From contig JBFJPL010000004.1 in the NCBI GenBank assembly GCA_041617155.1, positions 5,898 to 69,897 on the forward strand: DNA of 64,000 bases, read 5' to 3'. The DNA is from Kiloniellales bacterium (GTDB taxonomy: Bacteria; Pseudomonadota; Alphaproteobacteria; Kiloniellales; JAKSDN01). A model generated the notes under the pieces. That model saw only the letters and a list, made by a program, of their open reading frames with translations. It was not told the origin of the DNA and searched no databases. Each line of letters starts with the position of its first letter. Position 1 is the first letter of the stretch. Both the position numbers and the translations under genes were made by a program. This document shows positions 1 through 8,423 of this stretch, one piece after another.

Positions 1-485
1 ACCCGGATTCCTATATCCGCGGCATCCTGGGCGAGGTCTCGACGATCGCCATGGTCGGCGCCAGCCCGAAATGGAACCGGCCGTCCTTCTTCGCCATGAA
101 GTATCTTCAGGAGAAGGGCTACCGCGTGATCCCGGTCAACCCGCGGGTCGCCGGCGACGAGATCCTGGGCGAGCGGGTCTACGGCAGCCTGGCGGAGATT
201 CCCGGGCCGATCGACCTGGTCGATATCTTCCGCGCCTCCGAGGACGTCGGGCCGATCGTCGCGGAAACGCTCGAGCTGGCCAGGGACAAGGGGATCAAGG
301 TGGTCTGGATGCAGCTCGGCGTGCGCGACGACGCGGCGGCCCGGCGGGCCGAGGCCGCCGGGCTCAAGGTGGTCATGGACCGCTGCCCGAAGATCGAGTT
401 CGGCCGGCTCAACACCGAACTCTCCTGGGGCGGCTTCAACTCGAAGGTGATCTCCAGCAGAAGGCGGAGGCTGCGGATCGGATGA
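1..485 (+). CDS. CoA-binding domain protein (YccU-like), 5' end outside the window
   Basis: The frame is open from the window edge (PDSYIRGILGEVSTIAMVGAS...). AMVGASPKWNRPS and YRVIPVNP are typical of small CoA-binding proteins. Stop at 483-485. Confidence 0.8.
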   Translation, partial: PDSYIRGILGEVSTIAMVGASPKWNRPSFFAMKYLQEKGYRVIPVNPRVAGDEILGERVYGSLAEIPGPIDLVDIFRASEDVGPIVAETLELARDKGIKVVWMQLGVRDDAAARRAEAAGLKVVMDRCPKIEFGRLNTELSWGGFNSKVISSRRRRLRIG

Positions 486-505
486 ATGGCCCGCGCCTCG
501 TGACT

Positions 506-536
506 CCTGGATCGCCGGATCAAGTCCGGCGATGAC
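506..536 (-). repeat. REP-like hairpin unit (GTCAT-stem-loop-stem-ATCCAGG family)
   Basis: cctggatcgccggatcaagtccggcgatgac is the reverse complement of the unit also seen at 4559, 4662, 58320 and 58363. Stem is cgccgga/tccggcg. Confidence 0.7.
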
Positions 537-701
537 ATTGGGGGTTTATCGAATAGAGTGCAGATATGCTCCCCCAGTGTTGTTCGCGGGCCCCGCTTCG
601 CGCCCTGCTGCGCAGCCCGCGAATCCAGGGTTGCCGGCGGGGCGGTGACAAGTGGCCTCGAAGCCTCCATGATGAAAAGCAAGCTTGGCCAAGAGGACCC
701 G

Positions 702-2021
702 ATGAGCGATAAACTCAAGGAGCGCTACGGCTTCGAGACGCGCATGATCCACGCCGGCAGCCAGCCGGAGCCGGTCACCGGCGCGCGCCAGACGCCGATC
801 TTCCAGAACACCTCCTACGTCTTCTACGACGTCGACCACGCCGCCTCGCTGTTCAACCTGCAGACCTTCGGCTTTATCTATTCGCGCCTGACCAACCCGA
901 CCGTGGCCGCCTTGGAGGAGCGCATCGCCAGCCTGGAGGGTGGCCGCGGCGCGACCTGCTGTGCCTCCGGCCACGCCGCGCAGGTGCTGACCTTCTTCAC
1001 CTTCATGGAGCCGGGCGACGAGTTCATCGCCTCGACCCGGCTCTACGGCGGCTCGATCACCCAGTTCGGCAAGACCTTCAAGAAGTTCGACTGGCAGGCC
1101 CGCTTCGTCGACGTCGACGACCTCGACGCGGTGAAGCAAGCGATCACGCCGAAGTGCAAGGCGATCTTCGTCGAGAGCCTGGCCAACCCGGGCGGCGTGG
1201 TGAGCGACCTGGAAGGCTTGTCGAGGATCGCCAAGGAGGCCGGCATCCTGCTGATCGTCGACAACACCATGGCAACGCCGGTGCTCTGCCGGCCGTTCGA
1301 GTGGGGCGCCGACATCTCGATCCACTCGACCACCAAGTTCCTGTCCGGCAATGGAACCTCGGTCGGCGGCGCGGTGGTCGACAGCGGCACCTTCGACTGG
1401 GCGCAGAACGACAAGTTCGCCGGCCTGACCGAGCCGGAGCCGGCCTATCACGGCCTCAGCTTCTACGAGACCTTCGGCGACATGGCCTTCACCACCCACG
1501 CCCACGCCGTCGGCCTGCGCGATCTCGGGCCGACCATGGCGCCGATGAACGCCTTCCTCACCTTGCTGGGCGCCGAGACACTGAGCCTGCGCATGGAGCG
1601 GCACTGCGAGAACGCCGCCAAGGTCGCGGACTATCTTGAGCGCCACGACGAGGTCGCCTGGGTTTCCTACGCCGGCCTCAAGTCGAGTCCCTACCACGAG
1701 CTCGCAAAGAAGTACCTGGCCGGCGGCGCCGGCTCGGTCTTTACCTTCGGGGTCAAGGGCGGCTATGAGATGGGCGTGCGCGTGGTCGAGGGCTGCGAGC
1801 TCTTGAGCCATCTGGCGAACGTCGGCGACACCCGCTCGCTGATTCTGCACCCGGCCTCGACCACCCATCGACAGCTGACCGACGAGCAGCGCGCGGCCGC
1901 CGGCGCCGGGCCCGAGGTGATCCGACTCTCGATCGGCCTGGAGACCGTCGACGACATCATCGCCGACCTGGACCAGGCGCTGAAGGCCGCCGCCGCGGGT
2001 GCCAGCAAGGCCGCCGAGTAG
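702..2021 (+). CDS. metY: O-acetylhomoserine sulfhydrylase (PLP-dependent, Cys/Met metabolism family)
   Basis: MSDKLKERYGFETRMIHAG..., SRLTNPTV and HSTTKFLSGNG (PLP lysine) are typical of MetY/MetZ-type enzymes. The aagagga RBS precedes the ATG at 702. Alternative upstream ATGs at 669/672. Confidence 0.9.
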   Translation: MSDKLKERYGFETRMIHAGSQPEPVTGARQTPIFQNTSYVFYDVDHAASLFNLQTFGFIYSRLTNPTVAALEERIASLEGGRGATCCASGHAAQVLTFFTFMEPGDEFIASTRLYGGSITQFGKTFKKFDWQARFVDVDDLDAVKQAITPKCKAIFVESLANPGGVVSDLEGLSRIAKEAGILLIVDNTMATPVLCRPFEWGADISIHSTTKFLSGNGTSVGGAVVDSGTFDWAQNDKFAGLTEPEPAYHGLSFYETFGDMAFTTHAHAVGLRDLGPTMAPMNAFLTLLGAETLSLRMERHCENAAKVADYLERHDEVAWVSYAGLKSSPYHELAKKYLAGGAGSVFTFGVKGGYEMGVRVVEGCELLSHLANVGDTRSLILHPASTTHRQLTDEQRAAAGAGPEVIRLSIGLETVDDIIADLDQALKAAAAGASKAAE

Positions 2022-2097
2022 CGGCCGGAACTGGGTATGGGTGTCCGGATCTTGAAGATCGTCTGATCAGGTTTGCCGGTCAGCGATAATAAAACAA

Positions 2098-2210
2098 CGC
2101 CCTCTCACCTTCCCGCCTGGCGGGCCCCTGCCTCGCCCCGAGGAGAGGGAAAGGCGCAAGATCTCGCCGCCGCGTTCCCTCTCCTCGGGGCGAGGGACAG
2201 AGTGAGGGGG
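2098..2210. repeat. Palindromic REP-like element (possible bidirectional terminator) between convergent metY and marR
   Basis: Perfect 21-bp inverted repeat cctcgccccgaggagagggaa (2131-2151) / ttccctctcctcggggcgagg (2175-2195), with outer arms ccctctcacc / agtgaggggg. Same sequence family as the units at 28920-28959 and 29033-29089. Confidence 0.75.
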
Positions 2211-2234
2211 ATAGTCGGCCGCGACGCTGATGTG

Positions 2235-2696
2235 TCAGTCTCCGACGCTTGTCATCGCCTCGTCGAGCAGGCGCCTGAGGTCGGCCGCCGGGTCTCGGCC
2301 CATCTTGCGGCGGAACTGTCGTTCGGTCTCCTGCCACAGGGGCAAGGCCCGCTCGAAGATCTTTCGGCCGGCCTTGGTGATGTCGACGGCCCGCCGGCGC
2401 CGATCGGCGCCGGCCGCGATGGCGATCCAACCGGCACGTTCCATCGGCCGCAGGTTCCGGGTCAAAGTGGTGCGGTCGGTCGCCAAGCGTTCTGCCAGTT
2501 CGGTGATTGAGAGACCGCCGTCCTGTGCCACGTTGGCCAGCACGGAATACTGGGTCAGCCGCAGGCCGGCCGGCCTGAGCGCGTTGTCGTAGGCCTGGGT
2601 CACGCGGCGCGCCGTGCGCCGCAGCATCGCGCAGGTGCAGTGTGTGCGCCGCAAGCGGGACGGCGAAAGCGCGGAGCTGATCTGCTTTGCCGACAT
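2235..2696 (-). CDS. MarR family transcriptional regulator
   Basis: 153 aa. Winged-helix MarR pattern LTQYSVLANVAQDGGLSITELAERLATDRTTLTRNLRPMERAGWI. ATG at 2696-2694. The longer 425-aa ORF upstream looks like a GC artefact. Confidence 0.85.
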   Translation of the reverse strand: MSAKQISSALSPSRLRRTHCTCAMLRRTARRVTQAYDNALRPAGLRLTQYSVLANVAQDGGLSITELAERLATDRTTLTRNLRPMERAGWIAIAAGADRRRRAVDITKAGRKIFERALPLWQETERQFRRKMGRDPAADLRRLLDEAMTSVGD

Positions 2697-2768
2697 GGCT
2701 GTCGCGATTGACTTTTCCGTGTATCTACACCAGTGTATGCGCACGAGTTTACAGCGCAAGGGCGGGTT

Positions 2769-3260
2769 ATGTCCACAGGGGCGAACCGGACGGCGGAGCG
2801 GGACTATGGCGTCGCGCCGCTCGAGACACTCGAGCAGATGAGTGGCCTGGAGTTCCTCGGCGCGATCGTCGAGGGCCGCCTGCCCGCGCCGCCGATCACC
2901 CGGACGCTGGATTTTCAGCTGACCGCCGTGGCTGAAGGCCGCGCCGTCTTTCAGGGCAGACCCGGTTTCGCCCACTACAACCCGATCGGCTCGGTGCATG
3001 GCGGTTGGGCGGCAACCCTGCTCGACTCCTGCATGTCCCGCGCCGTGCAAGCCACCTTGCCGAAAGGCTTCGGCTACACCACGCTGGAATTCAAGATCAG
3101 CCTGGCCCGGGCGATCACCGAGAAAACCGGGCCGGTCGAGGCGGAGGGGACCGTCGTCCGGGCGGGCCAGCGCGTCGGCCTGGCCGAGGGCCGTCTGGTC
3201 GACGGCGACGGCAGGTTGCTGGCGACCGGCAGCGCGACCTGCCTGATCTTTGCGCTTTGA
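2769..3260 (+). CDS. PaaI-family hotdog-fold thioesterase
   Basis: NPIGSVHGGWAATLLDSCM and the overall roughly 160-aa hotdog pattern. Divergent from marR. Start at 2769 or 2733. Confidence 0.8.
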   Translation: MSTGANRTAERDYGVAPLETLEQMSGLEFLGAIVEGRLPAPPITRTLDFQLTAVAEGRAVFQGRPGFAHYNPIGSVHGGWAATLLDSCMSRAVQATLPKGFGYTTLEFKISLARAITEKTGPVEAEGTVVRAGQRVGLAEGRLVDGDGRLLATGSATCLIFAL

Positions 3261-3309
3261 GGGATCGCAGGTTGCCGTGCCGGGCCGCCGCTGGAAAGGA
3301 ATAGAGGCC

Positions 3310-4542
3310 ATGACCACAGCCGCCGCCCCCTCGCCGCTCTCGGCCCTGCGAACCCCGCTCGTCATCATCGTGGCGGGCTGCCTGATCGCCGTGGTCGGCT
3401 TCGGTGTCCGCTCGGTCTTCGGCCTGTTTCTCGAGCCCATGACCCTGGCCAGGGGTTGGGACCGCGAAACTTTCGCGCTGGCCATGGCGATCCAGAACCT
3501 GTTGTGGGGCATGGGCGTGCCGGTCGCCGGGGCCCTGGCCGACCGCTATGGCCCGGCCCGTGTCATGGCCTTGGGCGCCTTGGTCTACGGCGCCGGTGTC
3601 TGGGGCATGGCCGTCGCGGAAAGCGGTTGGGCGCTGCACGCCTTCGGCGGCATTCTGACCGGCCTCGGCGTCGCCTTCACTGCCTTCTCGATCGCCCTGG
3701 CGGCCATGGCCAAGGTGGTCGGGCCGGAACGGCGCTCGCTCGCGCTGGGACTGGGCACCGCCGCCGGGTCTTTCGGACAGGTCGTGTTCTCGCCGCTCGG
3801 CCAGGCCATGATCGGCCAGTTCGGCTGGCATCCGGCGCTGCTGATTCTGGCCGCCACCACGCTGATCATCATCCCGCTCGCCTTCATTCTGCCGAACGAC
3901 CCGACTCCCAGGGGCGAGGCGGCTACCAATCAGACGATCAGCCAAGCCTTGCGCGAAGCCTCGGGCCACAGCGGCTACGTGCTATTGACCCTGGGTTTCT
4001 TCGTCTGCGGCTTCCACGTCGCCTTCATCACGGTGCATTTCCCGGCCTATACCCAGGATATCGGACTGGGCCCGGAGGTCGGCGCCTACTCCATCGCCAT
4101 CGTCGGCCTGTTCAATATCGCGGGGTCCTTCCTGTCAGGCGCCGCCGGGCAGCGCTGGAGCAAGAAGTACGGCCTGTCGTTCATCTACTTCGCGCGCGCG
4201 ATCGCCATCACCGCTCTGCTGATGGCGCCCAAGACTGAGGCCACGATCTACCTCTTCGCCGCGGTCATGGGCCTGCTGTGGCTGTCCACGGTGCCGCTGA
4301 CCACGGGCATCGTCGCCCAGGTGTTCGGCGTGCGCTACATGGCGACCCTGTTCGGCGTCGTCTTCTTCAGCCACCAGGTCGGCAGCTTCCTCGGCGTCTG
4401 GCTGGGCGGCCGGCTGTACGACACCATGGGTTCCTACGACCCCATGTGGATCGCCGGAATCGTGCTCGGCCTGCTCGCGGCGCTGGTCCACCTGCCGATC
4501 AACGAGCGCCCGCTCGCGCGCCTGACGCCGCGCGCTCCCTGA
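3310..4542 (+). CDS. MFS transporter
   Basis: About 410 aa with a multi-TM hydrophobic profile. MFS-like loop GALADRYGPARV after TM2. ggaaagga RBS before the ATG at 3310. Confidence 0.85.
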   Translation: MTTAAAPSPLSALRTPLVIIVAGCLIAVVGFGVRSVFGLFLEPMTLARGWDRETFALAMAIQNLLWGMGVPVAGALADRYGPARVMALGALVYGAGVWGMAVAESGWALHAFGGILTGLGVAFTAFSIALAAMAKVVGPERRSLALGLGTAAGSFGQVVFSPLGQAMIGQFGWHPALLILAATTLIIIPLAFILPNDPTPRGEAATNQTISQALREASGHSGYVLLTLGFFVCGFHVAFITVHFPAYTQDIGLGPEVGAYSIAIVGLFNIAGSFLSGAAGQRWSKKYGLSFIYFARAIAITALLMAPKTEATIYLFAAVMGLLWLSTVPLTTGIVAQVFGVRYMATLFGVVFFSHQVGSFLGVWLGGRLYDTMGSYDPMWIAGIVLGLLAALVHLPINERPLARLTPRAP

Positions 4543-4558
4543 GCCGTGGGCCCGTTCC

Positions 4559-4691
4559 GTCATGCCCGGTCTCGATCCGGGCATCCAGGGCTGCCCGCCA
4601 CCGCCTGAAAATATTGTCTGACACCAATTTATGCCGCGTCCTGGAGGTCATATCCCTTTTCGACACGCCCGGGCTTGATCCGGGCATCCGG
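4559..4691 (+). repeat. Two REP-like hairpin units in the intergenic region
   Basis: gtcatgcccggtctcgatccgggcatccaggg (4559-4590) and the diverged gacacgcccgggcttgatccgggcatccgg (4662-4691). Same family as 506, 58320 and 58363. Confidence 0.75.
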
Positions 4692-4761
4692 ATCATTGGA
4701 CACTGGAAACGGACGGCCGAGCCCGGCCACAAAGTTCGGATGAAAGCGATAGGCAGTTTCC

Positions 4762-6180
4762 ATGCAGCATGACGAGCGCGGATTGGCACTGACCACGGAA
4801 AGTGCGGAGGCGGCCCGGGGTTTCGACCGTACGATCTGGAGCAATCTGGAATACCGCGCCGGCACCGCCAAGAGCCTGAAGGCGACTCTGGCGGCCGACC
4901 CCGACTTCGTCTTGGGGCACTGCCTGAAGGGTCTGCTGTTCACGCTCTTCGGCTCCAATGCCTTCATGGAGCCCGCGCGGCAATGCCTGGCCTTCTGCCA
5001 GGGCCGCCTGGAGGGCGTCACCCCGCGCGAGGCCGCCCACGTGGCCGGCCTCGAAGCTCTAGTCGCTGGCGACCAGCGGCGCGCGGACCGCGTCTGGGAC
5101 AGCATCCTGGTCGACCATCCGAGGGACCTGCTGGCTCTGCGCCTGCAGCACTTCAATCTCTTCTACATGGGCGACAGCCACGGCCTCAGGAACGCGGTGG
5201 CGCGGGTCCTGCCGGCCTGGGACGAGCAGGTGCCCGGCCATGGCTTCGTCCACGGCATGTATGCTTTCGGCCTGGAGGAGAGCGGCGACTACGGTGCCGC
5301 CGAACGCCACGGCCGCCAAAGTGTCGAGGCCAACCCCGACGACCTCTGGGCGATCCACGCGGTCGCCCACGTCATGGAGATGCAGGGCCGGCTCGCCGAG
5401 GGTCAGGCCTGGCTGTCGCATCCGCTCGAGCTGTGGGACGACCGCAACCTGTTCAAGGAACACCTCTGGTGGCACCGGTCGCTGTTCTTCTTCGAGCAGG
5501 GCGATTACGGGCGCGTTTTGTCGCTCTACGACGACGCGGTGCACCACGACAAGGAGTCGGATTTCTACCTGAGCCTGGTCAATCGCGCGTCGCTGCTCTG
5601 GCGTCTGCGCTTCCAGGGCGTCGAGCTTGGCGACCGCTGGGAAGCGCTGGCCGACATGTGCGAGGCGCGCATCGAGGATCACGTGCTGATCTTCTCCGAC
5701 ATCCACTTCGCCCTGGGCCTGGCCGGGGCCGGACGCACGGCGGCGATGGAGCGTCAGCTCGCCTCGCTCGAAGCCTTCGCGGCGACGCCGGACAACTTCG
5801 CCGCCGCCACGGTCGAGCCGGTCGCCCTGCCGCTATGCCGCGCGCTGCTCGCCTTCGCCGAGGGCGACCACGCCGGCGCCGTCGCGCTTTTGCTGCCGAT
5901 CCGGCGCGACACGGCCTGTCTCGGCGGCAGCCACGCCCAGCGCGATATCTTCAACCAGTTTCTGATCGAGGCGGCGCTGGCGGCGCGCGACTTCAAGCTG
6001 GCCCGCGCCCTGCTCGCCGAAAGGATCGCGCTCAAGCCCAACTCTGCCGGCACCTGGCGCAAGTATGGCGAAGCACTCCAGGTCCTCGGGGAGCGCGACT
6101 TCGCGGCCGAGGCCGCGCGCCATGCCGACGCAGTACTGACCGGCCAGGGAGCCGATATTCGAGCTCCTTCATCTCCATGA
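4762..6180 (+). CDS. Tetratricopeptide-repeat protein, TTC38-like
   Basis: 472 aa. Helical-repeat sequence with the blocks HPRDLLALR, WAIHAVAHVMEMQGR and WWHRSLFFFEQGDY that I recognise from the TTC38 family. Confidence 0.75.
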   Translation: MQHDERGLALTTESAEAARGFDRTIWSNLEYRAGTAKSLKATLAADPDFVLGHCLKGLLFTLFGSNAFMEPARQCLAFCQGRLEGVTPREAAHVAGLEALVAGDQRRADRVWDSILVDHPRDLLALRLQHFNLFYMGDSHGLRNAVARVLPAWDEQVPGHGFVHGMYAFGLEESGDYGAAERHGRQSVEANPDDLWAIHAVAHVMEMQGRLAEGQAWLSHPLELWDDRNLFKEHLWWHRSLFFFEQGDYGRVLSLYDDAVHHDKESDFYLSLVNRASLLWRLRFQGVELGDRWEALADMCEARIEDHVLIFSDIHFALGLAGAGRTAAMERQLASLEAFAATPDNFAAATVEPVALPLCRALLAFAEGDHAGAVALLLPIRRDTACLGGSHAQRDIFNQFLIEAALAARDFKLARALLAERIALKPNSAGTWRKYGEALQVLGERDFAAEAARHADAVLTGQGADIRAPSSP

Positions 6181-6574
6181 TCACGCGCAGCGCACCGTTC
6201 TTCAGTTCGTATTCGCGCAGCACCGCGACAAAGCGCACGCTCTGGCCGGGCGCGAAATCGCCGATCCGCGACGGCGGGATCTTGAAGCTGACATCCTCCT
6301 GGCGCACGCCCCCGCCGGCCGCGTCCATGTCGATCAAGAGCACGCCGGTTTCCGCGTAGTCGTCCTCGAACACCCGCCTGGCTTCGACCACCTTGCCCTG
6401 CCAGTTGACCCGCTTGCCCTTGACCTGGTCGAAGTAGGCGACAAAGCCCGCCGCGTCGTTTTCCGCCGCGCCGCGAATCTCGGCAAAGGGCAGGTCGTGG
6501 ATCTGTTTGTCCTCGCAGGCCGGCAGCAGCACGGCAAGCACAAGGCCCGCGACGCACGCGCCCTGGAATCTCAT
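6032..6574 (-). CDS. Probable lipoprotein, hypothetical (3' end uncertain)
   Basis: Signal peptide MRFQGACVAGLVLAVLLPAC with a lipobox-like LPAC, followed by good coding sequence. The last 45 or so residues are Arg/Pro-rich and overlap the convergent TPR gene by 149 nt. Confidence 0.55.
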   Translation of the reverse strand: MRFQGACVAGLVLAVLLPACEDKQIHDLPFAEIRGAAENDAAGFVAYFDQVKGKRVNWQGKVVEARRVFEDDYAETGVLLIDMDAAGGGVRQEDVSFKIPPSRIGDFAPGQSVRFVAVLREYELKNGALRVIMEMKELEYRLPGRSVLRRHGARPRPRSRAPRGPGVLRHTCARCRQSWA

Positions 6575-6640
6575 ATCCGAAGTCCTCCTCGTAGCGCCAA
6601 CCGTGACAGGCGACGATCTTGCAACCCGGGAGGGTCGCGG

Positions 6641-7045
6641 TCACGTGGATTCGTAGTGGGCCAGCTCGATGAGATTGCCGTCGGGGTCGCGAAAGTAGAC
6701 CGAGGTCATCGGCCCGAGCGCGCCTTCGCGCCCGACGGGGCCGAGCTCGACGGCGATTCCCTGGCGCTCCAGGTGCGCGACCACGTCGTCGGTCGGCGTT
6801 GCGGTGACGAAGCAGAGGTCGGCCGAGCCGGGCGCCGGCGCCGCGGCCTTGGGCTCGATCGGGCTCGGGTGCGGGTGCAGGTTGATCTTCTGGCGGCCGA
6901 AATGCAGCGCCACCCGGCCTTCGGCCATGCCGCGCCGGGTCATCCCCAAAACGCTCTCGTAGAAGCGGCAGGTCGCCTCGATGTCGCGCACCGTGAGGAC
7001 CAGGTGATCCAGACGGTCGAGCACAAGCCGGCTATCGCTCACCAC
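6641..7045 (-). CDS. VOC (glyoxalase/bleomycin-resistance/dioxygenase) family protein
   Basis: 134 aa. LDHLVLTVRDIEATCRFYESVLGM and YFRDPDGNLIEL are typical of the VOC fold. Confidence 0.85.
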   Translation of the reverse strand: MVSDSRLVLDRLDHLVLTVRDIEATCRFYESVLGMTRRGMAEGRVALHFGRQKINLHPHPSPIEPKAAAPAPGSADLCFVTATPTDDVVAHLERQGIAVELGPVGREGALGPMTSVYFRDPDGNLIELAHYEST

Positions 7046-7046
7046 G

Positions 7047-8246
7047 CTACTCCGCCGGTGCCGGCAAGGGGGCGACCTGTCGTCGGGCCGGCAGCATCAA
7101 GGCGGCGAGCGCCGCGACCCCGGCGATGACCGCGAGCGCGGCGAACAGCCAGACGAACTCGCCGGTCCGCTCCTGCACGAAGGCCACCACGGCCAAAGCC
7201 ATCGGCGCGGTCGCGAAGGCGAGCACGAACTTGACCCCGAAGGCCAGGCCCTGGTGCCGTCGCGGCGTATAGTGGGCCAGCAGCATGTTCTCGGCCGGCA
7301 GCGCCGCCGTCGACAGCACCACGGTCAGCACCGCGACGCCGATCAGCGGTACGCCGCCGAGCGCCGCGATCCCGGCCAGTATCGGCACCTGGAACAGGAA
7401 GGCCGAGAAGTAGATCGGCTTGAGCGGATAGCGGTCGGCCAGATGTCCGCCGATGACCTGCATGACACCGCCCAGCAGGTAGACCCCGGCGACGATCGCG
7501 CCGATGCCGAAGGTGCCGTCGCCGGCGATGTCACGCAGGCGCAGATCGAAGACCTTGGGCAGCGCCGCCTGGGTCGACTGGAAGATGATCCCCATGATCA
7601 ACATGGTCGCCACCAGGATTACGAAGACGCGCAGCATGTCGCCGCGGCTCGGCGGCACCTCGCTGGCGGGCCGTTCGGCGCCGTCGGTGATCAGACCGAG
7701 GCGCAGGATCGCCAGCAGGACGAGACCGGTGGCCAGGGACACCACGCCGGGCACGATGAAGGCGGCGCGCCAGCCGAAGGAGTCGATCAGCGCGCCGGCG
7801 GTCAGGCCCGCCGAGGCGACGCCGATGCTGCCGAAGATGCCGTTGATGCCGAGCGCCTTGCCCCGGCTTTCGGCGTTCTTGACCAGCCAAGCGATGCCGA
7901 CCGGATGATAGATCGATGCGAACAGGCCGATCGCGGCCAAGCCGACCAGCAAGGCCGTCGGGCTGTCGAGAAAACCGCAGGCGATCGACGAGAGGCCGAG
8001 GCCGATGAAGAAGACGACCATCATGCCGCTGGCGCTCCAGCGGTCGCCGAGCCAGCCGGCCGGGATCGCACCCAAGCCGACCAGAAGGGCACCCAGCATC
8101 CACAGCTCGATCAGCTCGTGGTAGGCGAGCGCCCAATCGACCTCCAGCGCCAGCACGATGACGAAGTAGAAGGCGGTGAAGAGATGCATGTAGGCGTGCC
8201 CAAGGCAGGAGAACACGAGCGACAGCCGGGCCGACCTCTTGGACAT
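7047..8246 (-). CDS. MFS transporter
   Basis: About 400 aa with 12-TM-like hydrophobicity. GWLGDRWSASG MFS loop. Its stop lies 1 nt from the VOC start (operon). Start could also be 8279 or 8285. Confidence 0.8.
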   Translation of the reverse strand: MSKRSARLSLVFSCLGHAYMHLFTAFYFVIVLALEVDWALAYHELIELWMLGALLVGLGAIPAGWLGDRWSASGMMVVFFIGLGLSSIACGFLDSPTALLVGLAAIGLFASIYHPVGIAWLVKNAESRGKALGINGIFGSIGVASAGLTAGALIDSFGWRAAFIVPGVVSLATGLVLLAILRLGLITDGAERPASEVPPSRGDMLRVFVILVATMLIMGIIFQSTQAALPKVFDLRLRDIAGDGTFGIGAIVAGVYLLGGVMQVIGGHLADRYPLKPIYFSAFLFQVPILAGIAALGGVPLIGVAVLTVVLSTAALPAENMLLAHYTPRRHQGLAFGVKFVLAFATAPMALAVVAFVQERTGEFVWLFAALAVIAGVAALAALMLPARRQVAPLPAPAE

Positions 8247-8379
8247 TGCGTATTGCGCCTTTCGGATCGCCGATTGCATTAACACCTACACCGTCGCCGG
8301 AACCCGGGCAAGACGGCCGTGGCGCACGGCTGCCGCGCATTGTGCGCATGACCGATTCCTGTTTCAATTAACGGGTGAG

Positions 8380-8395
8380 TTGGTTCGAGAACCAA
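8380..8395. promoter_or_regulatory. Candidate operator palindrome
   Basis: ttggttc-ga-gaaccaa is a perfect 7-2-7 inverted repeat in the divergent MFS/cyclase intergenic region. Confidence 0.3.
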
Positions 8396-8423
8396 AACAA
8401 CAAATCAATTCGGGCGGACCTCC

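Noticed and set aside
546-1868. 440-aa ORF antisense to metY.
   Set aside because: It lies entirely opposite a gene with unmistakable homology. Its Arg/Gly/Ala/Leu-rich translation is typical of the complementary frame of high-GC coding sequence.
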